64,000 bases of DNA from the human T2T-CHM13v2.0 reference genome, Homo sapiens: NCBI RefSeq assembly GCF_009914755.1, contig NC_060947.1; one strand, 5' to 3'. The notes beneath the pieces are model-generated. The model saw nothing but the letters and a program-made list of their open reading frames with translations, had not been told where the DNA came from and searched no databases. Shown one piece after another: positions 1 to 13,829 of this stretch. Position numbers and translations under genes: made by a program. Every line of letters begins with the position of its first letter. Positions within the stretch are counted from its first letter, which is position 1.

Positions 1-383
1 TACAAGCTGTTAGTGGTGCTCTAAATTAAATCATTACATGTATAAAACCCCAAATGGCTAAAAGATTTATCCTGCATGGCTTTTAAAAGGAGTTCTCTGC
101 TAAACATAGTCATAGATTCACTGTGCTAAAGGGGACCTTAAAAGGCCAAGTAACTTACTGCCAATGTCTTCAGAGAGTCAAAATAGAATTCCACTTTCAA
201 AGGCTAATGAAAAGCTATTCTACATTGTTCTTCAATAATCTATTTCAATGATCCAAAGAACTCTATAAAACAACTCTTCCCTATATCCAACCTCAGTCCT
301 TCAAGCTACAGATTACCTCTTTATCTTTTTTATTCTTTTCTTAATTCTTCCTACTGTACCTTGCTAACATATATATCTTTTCA

Positions 384-768
<385 letters not shown>

Positions 769-1529
769 ATGTTGTGTTGCTGGATTCAACTGATCCATCA
801 TTCCAACTACTCTAGCTCCTTCTGGATCATGGCTTGGTCTAAAATATTTGCTAGCTCTCCAAGCATACGCCATTCATAAATTTGATGGACATACTCCACA
901 CACTCTAAATTTGTGTTAAAGTTTTAACAAATATGTGATCTTCTAAAGCATCTGCCAAAATTAATGTCTTCACTACAGTAACCCAGATTTTTCCTTTCCT
1001 TTTATTCAACTTGAACTGAAAATATAAAGTGAGTCAAGCAAAATATTAAGCATTGTTTCACACTCAGTCAACTTTTGGACAAAAAGATATTTATGATAGG
1101 TAGCAGCTAAGAAAAATGTATCCTATTTTATGACTAGTCACAAAAACATTGTTTGCATTGTTAGTTTCTGGTTGCTTTTAATTTTTAGGCTGCATAAATC
1201 TATTTTGTCTTAATTACCTTGGCTGACAAAAGATTAACAATGCCAACATTAAAAATGTGTTGCATGTATTTCAAAATCATCATGAACACCACTGCTAAGT
1301 AGGACTAGAATAGGAACACAATTCACATTAGAAAGTAATGGAGGAAATCACATAAGCTAAAATAAAATATCTCTTCAACTTAAATATTCTGTTTCCTAAT
1401 AAAAAACTCAACTTAGGCAACAACTCCTTTTCATTAAAAGTCCATCTTTAAGTCATTCGCATAGTCTCAAGCATAACCTGCTTAATTACAAAGGGGAAAA
1501 CATAACTCTAAAGCGGAGAGCTCTGAAGA

Positions 1530-2271
1530 TCATCACATTAACAAGTGACCAAACTTAGCATCACCAACAGTGTGACAACATGACATAATGTGCCTTCTGA
1601 TGGGATGCAATAAAAAATACATAACATCACTTCCACAGCACTCTTGCCAAATACGTTGAACCTGAATCTTACAATGAGTAATGAGGTAAATCCACAATGT
1701 GGGACATTCTACAAGACAACTAGCCTGGACACCTTTAAAAAGTCATGATCACGAAAACCAAAAGGTTGTGGATTAAAAGAGATTAAAGAGACCCAACAAC
1801 GAAATGTAATGTGTGAAACTTGCAGGATCATCAATTTTAAAAAAAACAGCTATAAAGGGGGCATTTTGGGGGCAACTGGAAAAGCTTATACATAGACTGT
1901 ATACTAAATGACATTACTGAATCAATGTTTTCAGGTGGGATTGTGGTTATGTAAGAAAATGTCATTATTCTTAGGAGATACATGCTTAAGTATTTAGAGA
2001 TGAACACTCACATTGTCTGTAATTTTCAAATGGTTCATAAATATAGTTAAGTATACTTATAAAATATAGATACGCATTTCAGAATATAGAATATAGATGT
2101 CCCCGTATTTTTTAATACAAAATATAGATTCTGCACGTATATATAGGTGCTACGTATGTATACACATACACACAGAGAGAGAGAAAGAGAGAGCGCCAAT
2201 GTGTCAAAATGTTAATTGGAGAATCTAGGTGAAGGATATATGGCATCTGAAATTTTTCAAAATAAAAAGTT
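1530..2271 (+). mobile_element. Old L1 3' end (L1MC4-like)
   Basis: Resembles the L1MC 3'UTR; ends ...TTTCAAAATAAAAAGTT. Confidence 0.7.
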
Positions 2272-2301
2272 GGAGGAAATCGGTAAGAAAGGAATACATA
2301 C

Positions 2302-2514
2302 CATGGCAGTCCTAGACTTGATAAACCAGTCAAATCTAAACTGGGGAGCATTTCGTACACACTGTCTTAATTCTTCATATACATTTTCTCTATCAAAGCC
2401 CATTTTGTGTAACATACAAATCAAGAATCTATCTTCTTCCTCAGTATAGTTCTTTCCTTTGCTGGTTCCATACTGAATGCGCAACTGATGAAATGGAGCC
2501 TTGTATCTTGCAAT
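2302..2514 (-). CDS. SMARCA1: SMARCA1 exon 23 ([11 protein letters not shown]...SRTAM; SLIDE domain)
   Basis: 213 nt, within ORF 2257..2577; donor ATG|GTATGT. Confidence 0.97.
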
Positions 2515-2598
2515 CTGTGTATTTAAACAAAATAGTGCTTTTAATTGAATGTGCAGTAAGAAGTCAAAGCTGACCACTATTTCAATTAAAACGATCTA

Positions 2599-2757
<159 letters not shown>

Positions 2758-3155
2758 TTATTTCTTTAAAATCCTATCATTTAAGCAAATAAATCCAAGG
2801 AATTGTAGAATAAGGAATTAATAGGAAAGAATACAATGAGCTTGTACTTCTTAAAATTAAGATTCAGATTAATCTTATATATATAATATGTTAAATTATT
2901 AAATACTACTAACTTTTCACTTAAAAATAAGACCTCAAAACAAGGTTTTAGGTTAGCAATTTTCCTTCATGAAATAGTACGGAGTCTTACGATCCATCCC
3001 AAATGACTAGGATTTCAAAAGATGATGCAGATACTGATTTAAGCTAGGCTTTTTACTCAAACATGATAGAAAAGGGACCAAACACATAAAGTGACACAGG
3101 AGAGAGTAATATATAAACAGTGAATATAGCTTCCTAGCATGCGAAAACAATTATG

Positions 3156-3460
<305 letters not shown>

Positions 3461-4814
3461 CCCAAGCTATTATGAACAGGTTGTTCAAATTTTTTTCTAT
3501 GGAGCAGCCATTTCTCTTGAAATTGTCATTTGCTTTTGGAATCACTCACTAATCATCTTACGGTATTTCCAATGACCAGTAGTGTGTTTTTAAACTTACT
3601 TGGAATACCCTTTTCTCATAAAAAAAAAAAAAAAAACCTCATTGGGATTTTAATTGCATACACACTGAAAAACATTCCAAGTCACTCAACCAAATTTTAT
3701 AGATGAGCCAAATAATCTGGCTGTATTAATATGTCACATGACTTCAATGAAAGGCCTTTTAATGACATACTCCACATCCTCAAGCTTTTCATTTTTAGAG
3801 CCTATCAAGAAAGGTATGTGAGCACTCTGATTTTTATAAGCACCTGTGTTCATTTACTCATTCACTCACATATTCATTCAACAAATATTTAAACACTTGC
3901 TATGTACAGGATACTGTATATTCATGGGTGGTCAATTGTACACATTTCTTCTCTTACTGTAACCAACTACAACAAACTCATTGCAATCTCCTCACCCTGT
4001 GACATGGCCCCCAACCTGGCAGGCAGCAATTAAATAGTCCTGAGCTAGTCATGCCACCTGGCTTGGTGTCAAATTTGAAAGAAAGTCTGACAGGATCATC
4101 TTTTTAAATCACATTTTTTTCTTGCAACTTCACATACACCGATGTTATCTCCCTGCCTATCTTCTGAAAAAAATTCTTCTTAAAAATCTCTCTGCACATA
4201 CCCTTTTACATTCTTTTCATTCAACTCTTGATGCTAAAATTTCTCTCTTCAATCTATTTTTTCCCCTAAGCCTCCAAATGCCCTAAATTTATGTGCTAAA
4301 TGTTCAGAGTAATAGTAATATCATGCTGGTATGAAGGAAAAGGAAGTTCATATACTTAATGTTATATTATATGTAATAAAAACTCAATACAACTGACCTC
4401 TGAAGTCCCCCAGAAGACTCTTTTAGATTTCCAGAAGAAAAAAAAATCTCTCTAATTAAATCTGGATTTCTTCAAGCACTAGCATGCTAGATAAATTAAA
4501 AGCTGTTCCTAGCTATTATTAATCTTTAGTATATTTATTGGTACTGTAATGTTTCTTTCCTACTATTGCAAAAACAGAATTTCAGTGGTAGGGTTAAATA
4601 GATTTGGGGCAGGGGCTATCATAGAAACTTAAACCTACTTTGTAAACTTAAACCTACTTTGCCATTGTTTCAATGACAAAAAATGCTCTAGATTCTAAAC
4701 ATCTTGTTTCAAATGATAAGTTTAAGAGCTGAACCTATTTGGAAGTTAGAAAAGTCCCATGTACTACATATAGAAAACTTGCTAGACATATTTACCTATT
4801 TTTAATAAGATTTC

Positions 4815-4952
4815 TGGATAGCTAAACACGAAGAGGTTTCGCCCAGGGAGGGCACCAAAGCGCTGCGCCCTCTTGGCCCATACTTTGCCCTACACGCTTC
4901 ATCTGTATCCTTTACAATACCCTTTATAATAAACCAGTAAGTGTAAAAAAAA
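4815..4952 (+). mobile_element. MER21-like ERVL LTR fragment ending in AATAAA + A8
   Basis: GGATAGCTAAACACG...CAGGGAGGGCA...CTTCATCTGTATCCTTT...TTTATAATAAACCAGTAA matches recalled MER21. Confidence 0.65.
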
Positions 4953-5554
4953 TCCATATGCTTCAGCAGCTAAACTGATTCTGGTCGAGCTCAACAACAC
5001 AGGTGAGTAAGAGAGGGAGAGGATTTGAGGACCAGTTAACAGATTGATTAAAGCAATCTTTTCAGCTCTACGCCCGCTAGCCCCAAGTTAATGGGACCCA
5101 CAGGAACTCTCTGGAATAGGGTGGAACTCTGAGGGTGTTTGAGCATCTAAATGGGCCTGACAGGAACTCTCTACTTTAAGGACGACCTAGAAAGAAAGGC
5201 ACGAATTCAATCCACTGAATGTGAATCTCAGAACTGAACCAGAAGACCAAATTCCAGAGGTGGGAAGGTGGGAAACTAATTTTGTCAATGCTTATCCAAG
5301 AGCCACCCTTGTTTTATCAGAGCTTTATTTGCCTCTTTTAGCTAGGTGATAGAGACAATAGCAGTCAGTTTGTTAGGATAAATCTTATAACCTTTCTTAT
5401 AACCTTTTCATAGAAATACAATTATAGTTTATACTCTCATCTATGTCTTATTCATAAAAGTTTAAAACATCTCTGAACAAAGGTACAATTAAATTGATGC
5501 TAAATAAATGAATAACGTTAAAATACAACACCATGTTTCAAATTATATACAAAC

Positions 5555-5687
5555 CTGAATACTCCATGACCTCCTCAGGGGATTTGCCCTCTACCTCTCG
5601 AGCTATGTTATCAATGTCATCTCTTCCATATTTCTCATTAGCTTTAATAAACTGGTTAAAATCTCGTTTAGTCCAGTTTGTGAAACC
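5555..5687 (-). CDS. SMARCA1: SMARCA1 exon 21 ([10 protein letters not shown]...MEYS; SANT domain)
   Basis: 133 nt, donor CAG|GTTTGT. Confidence 0.96.
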
Positions 5688-7365
5688 CTGTGAACAAAAA
5701 GTTAAGCATTATCAATAGAGGTTAAATTAATAAATCCATTTATTGCCCTATTTACTTCTATACAATGATACATTAAAAAACACTTTAAAAGACTTAAAAT
5801 GTTTCTCCTTATAAAATTGCACATATTTTATGTTGGAATCAAAAGTTGAGTGAGAGTTGTTATAGAAATAACTGCTTTTCTATTACAAAGAGAATGTTGA
5901 TACATAGTTCGAAGATCTGTAGTTTTTAATTTCATATTTTATAGATGCCTACATTAAAATACAAATGCATGAAAATAAAAATGCTAATATAAATGCTGAA
6001 GTCGTGATATTCTAGTACTTCAATGATTTTTTTCACAGATCTGTTCCTACATAAATTAAAAGAGAGAAATGTGGATGCACTAAATCAAAAGAACACTGAG
6101 GAATAACCAAAAGATAATGCAAAAAAAAATTGTAGCTCTTTACATCATTCTGAACTAGTGTGAATAAATAATTTCTGTTCTAAATTATGTTCATAAATAG
6201 AACTTCTACAAGCAGAACGTTATTGGAGCCACTCAATTTCTTTACTAAAACATAAAACACTTTAGCCAGTGTTTTAAATTCCCTTGGCATTATTAGCATG
6301 TCTGTGAAGTCACAAGACCAAGAATTTGTCTTCCACTCCTCGAGCCCCAACTCACATAAATGTGATACTCCAGACACTGCAAAACTCTATCCCTGGCTTT
6401 TAGTTGATAAAGATTTCAGATGACCCCACATTTTGTTCCTACGTACTGCCATGGTTTTTTGAAAAAGATTAATTATTTAAGGCAGCAGAGAAGGACAAAA
6501 ATGAATTCATATACTAGGAGAAGCAGAAAACTGATTATATTTCTAATTACAAACTAAAATATTATCTCAGTTGAGACTGTATATTCATGTTATACCGTAC
6601 ATTCACAATATACTCCAAGTCATGTAGCATTCTAAAGCCATAACTTTACTTTTACATTCAGGAAATACATTTTGAAAATAGAACATGAATATTTAAATGT
6701 TTTATTTTATTCTGTGGTAAGTTCTAATATTCAGCCATCTGCCATTATATTTTCAAACTAAACTTTATTACTTCCAGGCATTTGGCTCAAAAACTTATGA
6801 ATGTAATTTGTGAAAATCCATACAATAAAATTACGTTATAGCAAAAAAAACCTATATAATAAATAATATACAAATATAAAAACTATCTTTCAATAATTAA
6901 CGTGGAGAATTACCTACTACTATGCATCGCACATTGTTCAAAATTTGTTGAATAAATAAATCTTGCTGGCAACCCTCTATACTAAAGTAATGTCCTACGG
7001 TACACATTTTGTTTATTTTGCAAGCCTTCTATGCTGAAATTTTTATCTTCTATAGTTTATTTTAGAAGTAGAACACTCGTAAAACTCATGATAGCAATAA
7101 TGACTTAAAAGCATTAATATTTTGTTCAAATGGAAACCTTCCTAATTTAATAATTGTTATACAATGATCACCTTAAATAATAATAATAATAATAAAAGCT
7201 TCAGAAATCTCTCATCATTGTATGAAAATTATAAAAAAAGATAAAAAGAATTTTGAAAATTATGAAATTATTCCATTAATAAAAAATTAGTAGAATATAA
7301 CTTCAGGAGACAATTCACATCTATAAACAAAAGAAATTTAAATTTTCAAGAATATGTTAATAACA

Positions 7366-7660
7366 GGCTTGGCACGGTGACTCACACCTGTAGTATCAGT
7401 TGCACTTTGGGAGGCCGAGGTGGGTGGATCACTTGAGGTCAGGAGTTTGAGACCAGCCTGGCCAACATGGCAAAACCCCATCTCTACTAAAAACACAAAA
7501 ATTAGCCAGGCACGGTGGTGGGTGCCTGTAATCCCAGCTACTCGGGAGGCTTGGGCAGGAGAATCACTTGAACCTGGGAGGTGGAGGATACAGTGAGCTC
7601 AGATCGCACCACTGCACTCCGGCCTGGGTGACAGAGCGAGACTGTCTCAAAAAACAAAAA
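7366..7660 (+). mobile_element. Alu with 17-bp TSD
   Basis: TSD AAGAATATGTTAATAAC at 7348-7364 and 7660-7676. Confidence 0.96.
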
Positions 7661-7985
7661 AGAATATGTTAATAACTACTGTCTATCAGAATTCAAATGT
7701 GGATTCACTGACCTTATTATAATTGGCAAAATGTATGTCAAATTGCTAATACTTGACACTTATATTTTGCATATACATACTATCCACTATTTCCAAAAGG
7801 GCATATTCTATAAGATCAATTTTTAAAAATAAGGAGATTTGGTCTAAACATGTTTACAAAATAGCCCTGAGTTTTGTTGGTGTGTCACACTAGGATACTA
7901 GGCCCATACAATAAAAAGTGTGATCTATATTTTCTTTTTTTCTATTGATTGACTGTAAGTATTACAGCCATTGAAAATATTTTAC

Positions 7986-8108
7986 TTGTGTGAGAAGTTT
8001 TTCCTTTTCTTCAGTCTCTTCTGGTGTAAGAGGTTCAGCTCCATCAATCTTTTTTTGCTCTTCTCTTTGAGCCAGAGCTGGATTTGGGATATCAGGATTC
8101 CTTGGAAC
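7986..8108 (-). CDS. SMARCA1: SMARCA1 exon 20 (VPRNPDIP...KLLTQ)
   Basis: 123 nt. Confidence 0.96.
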
Positions 8109-9384
8109 CTATAAATCAAGAGATAAACTAAGAGTAAACTGATGAGAAAAATTAATTACTAAGGCTGTATATACACATATCAATCTTTAGAGTTATTTCA
8201 AGAGTAAACAATATAAAATCATAGCCAGAATGACACACGGTCCTCTCCACATTTCTGCTACCATGATCCTATTGAAGTAAAAACCATTCTTGTGCCACAT
8301 GATATTCCATAGTTAAAACTCACTGGCAAATGCCACATTAGATTTCAGATATGATTATACCCTGGAACAAAGTCTACCCTTATACTATTGTAATATACAG
8401 AACAAACAAAAAGTTTAGTGGTAAAAAACAAAAAAGAATCCATATTCCCCTGGCAACACAGAGCAGAATGGAGAAGTGGCAACGCACCTGAACATTACAT
8501 CCAACAGTCTGATCAGTTCAACATGCAAAAAGAAAGGAGTGCTTTTATTGCCTGCCAAGGTATGTAAGGGGAGAGAGCATTTTTACATAAAATGGAAAGT
8601 TTGGAAAAAGTTAACAGGATAATGAAGAAAAAAGAGGAAACAGAGAATATAAGAGGGAAGGGTATAGTAGAGCACACAAATAGCTATGATAGGACCAGTG
8701 GTCAAGGAGGAAAAGACTACAACAGCAGTGACCAACAGAAATCATATATGGTGTTTTGGGTACAGAACTGCAAATACAGTGAAAACTGAGAAGAGAACTT
8801 GAGTTCAAAAGATAAGGACAGAAGCTCAGCTCTCCAAGAAAGCAAGTTGTCACCTGTATCTCAAAACTGTAGCCTGCAGAGCCTCAGTGTATCACAGTGA
8901 GCATATATAACCAATGTGGTTCAGCAGTATGGGGCTGAACTATACTGTGTGTATGGAGGAACAAATGAAGTCTCTCAGCCTAAAGCCTGATACCATCGCT
9001 ATGTGCATCTGCAGCTACAAGGAAGCACATTGATTTAAGAGGGCAAGTACATAACATGTGTACTACACTTTATAGCATTCCATTAAACATGAAAATAAAA
9101 GGGCTGGCAGTAAGCCTTCCACTGCTTGAAATGCACACATGACTCATTCCCTAGGGGCATCAGGTAGTCATGGTTTTACTACCCTGTAATTATAATACAC
9201 ATTAGAGTGCATTTTTCTCATTGTTATATGTATTTCATAGAGTTTGGAACTATATCATTGTAACTTAAAAGTAACTTAAAAATTAACTATTAAGTACAAT
9301 AGTTCTTCAGGTATAAAACCTAACTGAGCATTAAAAAGAAATACTGAGAAATTAGATTCACTTGTAATCATCAGTATCAGGCAA

Positions 9385-10140
9385 TCAAATTAGCAGGTAT
9401 TGACTAAATGTCTATTATGTTTGTAGAACTATGATAAGTATTGATTGGAATATAAGCATAGGTTTTATCCCTTATCCCAAATGTTTCAGACCAGAAGTGT
9501 TTCAGATTTCAGATTTTTGGGGGTTTTGGAATATTTGCATTATACTTATCTGTTGAGCATTTCTAACTTGAGAATCCGAAATCCAAAAAATGCTCCAATG
9601 AGCAGCATTTCCTTTGGACGCAATGTCAGAGCTCAAAAAGTTTTGGATTTTGGAACATGTCAGATTTCAGATTTTTGAATGAGGGAAACTCTACCTATAT
9701 TAGATATGGTCCTTGCCCACAAGGAGCTCACAAACTAGTTGTGGAATTATGAGCTGTACCTTAAGAACTCTAAGGATCTAGGGAGATGGAGAAGGAAGAA
9801 AGAATATTCTAGGCTAGGGGTATGAGCAAAAGCATGAAGGCAGAAATGTGCAGGAAGGCGCATATGGGGTTTATGTTGAAAAGAGATAAGAAACAAGGAA
9901 GGGTAGAGACAGATTTACAGGGTCTTGACACTACACAGAAGGTGCTGCAGACTTTTGAACAAGGGAGTAAAGTGTCAAAATGTAGTGTTTTCACCCGGAA
10001 GCCTTTTGCTGAATGGACTGAAGTGGGGCAGCGACTAACAGGTAAGAGAACCTGCTCTACTATCATAATCTAGAAATGACGCATGATCATCTGGACTAGG
10101 ATGGTGGCAAATGGAAATGGAAAAGGTGTACATTTAAAAT
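9385..10140 (-). mobile_element. L2 fragments interrupted by Tigger4a
   Basis: Degenerate L2 3' motifs (e.g. CCTTGCCCACAAGGAGCTCACAAACTAGT). Confidence 0.5.
9459..9697 (+). mobile_element. Tigger4a/Zombi (MER46A-type) non-autonomous DNA transposon
   Basis: TATCCCTTATCC...ACCAGAAGTGTTTCAGATTT...AATCCGAAATCC...TGCTCCAATGAGC...AAAGTTTTGGATTTTGGAAC. Confidence 0.75.
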
Positions 10141-10214
10141 GAAATGTAGCCCAGTCATAGCATGATTAAAAACAACTTCTCTTCAGTAGCTAAACCCAAT
10201 GTTAAAATTACAGG

Positions 10215-10985
10215 CATACCAGCAATTCCATTCCTAAGTATTTACCCAAAGAAAGGAAAATGTATCTATACAAAGACTTTGACAAGATTGTTCACAGCAG
10301 CTTTACTCATCATAGCCAAAAGCCAGAAAACAGCCCAGATGACCATCAAGAGAATGAATAAGCAAACTGTGGCCTATCCATACAATGGAATAGGTGTTCC
10401 ACAATCAAAAGGAAGGAGCCACATAGATACATGGGACAACATGGCTGAATCTCTAAAACATTATGCTAAGTGAAACAAGCCTTATACATATTGTATGATT
10501 CCATTTATGTGAAATTCTAGAACAAAAATTTAAAAACCTAATCTATGGAGGGAAAGATCAGAACAGTGGTTGCCTCTGAGGAGTGCATATGGTCACTGGG
10601 AAAAGGCACTTTCTGGGGTGACAGAAATGGTCTATATCTTTATAGGAGGAGTTCGAGTTACATAAGTGTATGCACTTGTGAAAAAACATTGAATGGTACA
10701 CTTAAGGTTTATATATTTCACTCTATGTAAATGTTACTTTAAAAAATCATAAACAAAATATGACTCTGGATAATGACATGCATGTTGAAGTGTTTCTGGG
10801 TAAAATGTACTTATGTCTGCAACTTTGAGATGCATAATAATAAGATAAATATCCGTATGATAGAGGGCCAGAGAAATGGAAAAATCGGTGAAAAAGCAAA
10901 TACCATAAGATGTAAATTGTCAAACATATGTGGGGTATATATGGGTGTTCACTGTACAATTATTTCAACATTTTTGTATTTTTAA
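10215..10985 (+). mobile_element. Old L1 (L1ME-like) ORF2 end + 3'UTR
   Basis: ORF 10162..10473 PAIPFLSIYPK...LFTAALLIIAK resembles the L1 ORF2 C-terminus. Confidence 0.8.
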
Positions 10986-11519
10986 AAATCCTTCATAATG
11001 TTTTTTTAAAAGTACAGATACAGTTTTAAAAGTTAATAGACCCCTTAAATTGCTGGTATGTGAAATTACTTTGGTTTCAAATTTTAATTTTAATTGAAAG
11101 AAACCTCTTTGATCTTAAGATATCCTTCTCTTAAACATTTTCAAAATTTCCATGTCCAACAAACCATATTTTTAACAAAATGAAAATATTTTATAAACAT
11201 CCAATTCATGACAGAAAATAAATATACCCACATAAAATAAAATAAAACTGTTTATTCCCATGCAGACATCCCCATACTAAAAACTTCCCCTTTCAACTTC
11301 TAATAAAAGCAAAATCAGAATATTTTATAAAACCATTAGATTTTAGAATCCACTGCAATTTATTCTATATCCAGTGGTCATATTAATTAACATAGCAAAA
11401 CAAGAATGACTTCATGAAAGCTATGTTTGCTATTTTAGTTCTAGAAATTACTCAAATAGCTGCTAAAATGTTTAGAATTAGAAAAGGCTCAAAGTTTCTA
11501 AATTCCTGTATCTCCCTCC

Positions 11520-11882
11520 TGATATGGTTTGGCTGTGTCCCCACCCAAATTTCATCTTAAATTGTAGCTCCCACAATTCCCATGTGTCATGGGAAGGACC
11601 CAGTGAGAGGTAATTGAATCATGGGGGCAGGTCTTTCCCATGCTGTTCTCGTGATAGTGAATAATTCTCATGAGATCTGATGGTGTTACAAAGAGGAATT
11701 CCCCTGCACAAGTTCTCTCTTCCCTTCTAACATGGAGGACCTGACTTGCTCCTCCTTGCCTTCCACCATGATTGTGAGGCCCCCGAGTCATGTGGAACTG
11801 TGAGTCAATTAAATCTCTTTTCTTTATAAATTACCCAGTCCCGGGTATGTCCTCATCAGCAGTGTGAAAACAGACTAATACA
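11520..11882 (+). mobile_element. THE1 (MaLR) solo LTR
   Basis: TGATATGGTTTGGCTGTGTCCCCACCCAAAT...GACTAATACA with 5-bp TSD CCTCC on both sides. Confidence 0.93.
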
Positions 11883-11990
11883 CCTCCTATAAAAAAAAAC
11901 CTTAATAGTCATCATTTTAATAAGACATACATTTTTTTTTTTTTACCTCATGAGGTTCGTATCAGCATTAAGCTTCCTGGAATGATTTCA

Positions 11991-12317
<327 letters not shown>

Positions 12318-13829
12318 TTAAGCAGACAAATTACAGACCAATAGTACTGAACAGATACCCAGGAGGTATTTAAAGTCCTCATACTCTATGTCTCATTATG
12401 ATCTCCAGCAACACAATATATAAAATGTTATCTTTCTAAAGTAAAAATCTCAATTATTATTTGGATTTCTACTCAGATGCTAAGGAATTTGTGATTAAGA
12501 AATGTATTCCATGAAGTAGTGAAAAACTTTTTTTGGCCTTGTTTCTTAGGAGGAGTTTAGCAAGCATTGCATAGGAAATATGGAGTACTGAATTAAATGT
12601 GACACCACACAAAATAAAAGCAGTAACCTGAAATCAGCTCACCATTATTTTAGTTCTACCACTGAAAAAGTAGGTGGCCCACAATGACACATTACCAAAA
12701 CTCACAAAGATTATGGAACTTCCTCCATTTGTCAAATGTTTATATTTGTCCCTAAAGAATTTTTTATTGGGGATAAATGTTAGAATGTTCTATAGCTTTC
12801 TTTAGCTTCGAATGTGGCAAAACTCTTGCATTCCAGGTTTTAGACTCAATGGAACGTCCAGATATTCTGGATTTTTTATGCTGTAATTGAAATTTCAATT
12901 AAGTCGTCCTCTTCCAATATAAAGGTTTTAGTGACCAAGTGATTGCATGCATTAAATAACAACTCCTTTAAGTCGAAAGAGCAATGCAGCTTTTGAATAT
13001 GCCTAAGGTCAAAGCTTAGATAGCAGCAAGAATGGGCACATTATGTACTGCTGTCCACCACGTGGTTAGGGCGAAACAAATACTTCTCTCACCTTCAAAT
13101 AAAACAAAACTCTTTAACTCCAGATCTTATTATCAGCAATATTGCTGTGACCTTGTGCTGAATATGAGGGAGGGAAAGGGGGAGAAAAACAGAAAATAAA
13201 AATGCAAATAACCAGGAAGTACAAGGAAACCACTCTCTACCAACTGCTTCAAAACTTGTGGGCCCTTCACTAGCCCCACTCCAAATCACAACAGAATAAG
13301 CCTTTGGAGACTCAACATAGATAAAACGTAACCATGAACCACAGTGCCCCCAGCTATGGGCATCACCTATCTCCCCTTGGCTAACAATCCTTTAGGCAGA
13401 AAAGGGGGAAAGAGTCCCTTTTTGAGAATCTGTGTACACAGAATACCAGGTAACTCCACTAAAGCAATTTTGTTTTGTTCATTTGAGGATAAACTAGTGC
13501 TCTATTTACTTTGTGGCCCTGATGAGTTTTCTGAAGGTGCAAGGGGGAAATAAAGCAATGCTAGCTATGCCTTGAGAAGATATGTCTAACGGTTATATAT
13601 CACATCATCCTTAAAAGGGAGCTTTTTAAGATGATTAACATGCCTGCTGATCTGTCTATTCTCTGAACTCAAACAAAAAACCACCCAATTAAAGAACCCA
13701 CCTTAGCTCAGGTCCATAGTTCCTAGTAAAGAATGGAAGAGACAAGGTCCAGAAAGAACAAATATCCAGAATGTATTCTTATTTGTCACCTAAATCCTCA
13801 GCTAAGCATGCATAAGGAGGATCAAGGCA

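Noticed and set aside
5533-5718. + strand ORFs opposite exons (also 2216..2449, 44711..44923, 48675..48899)
   Set aside because: Antisense shadows of SMARCA1 coding exons
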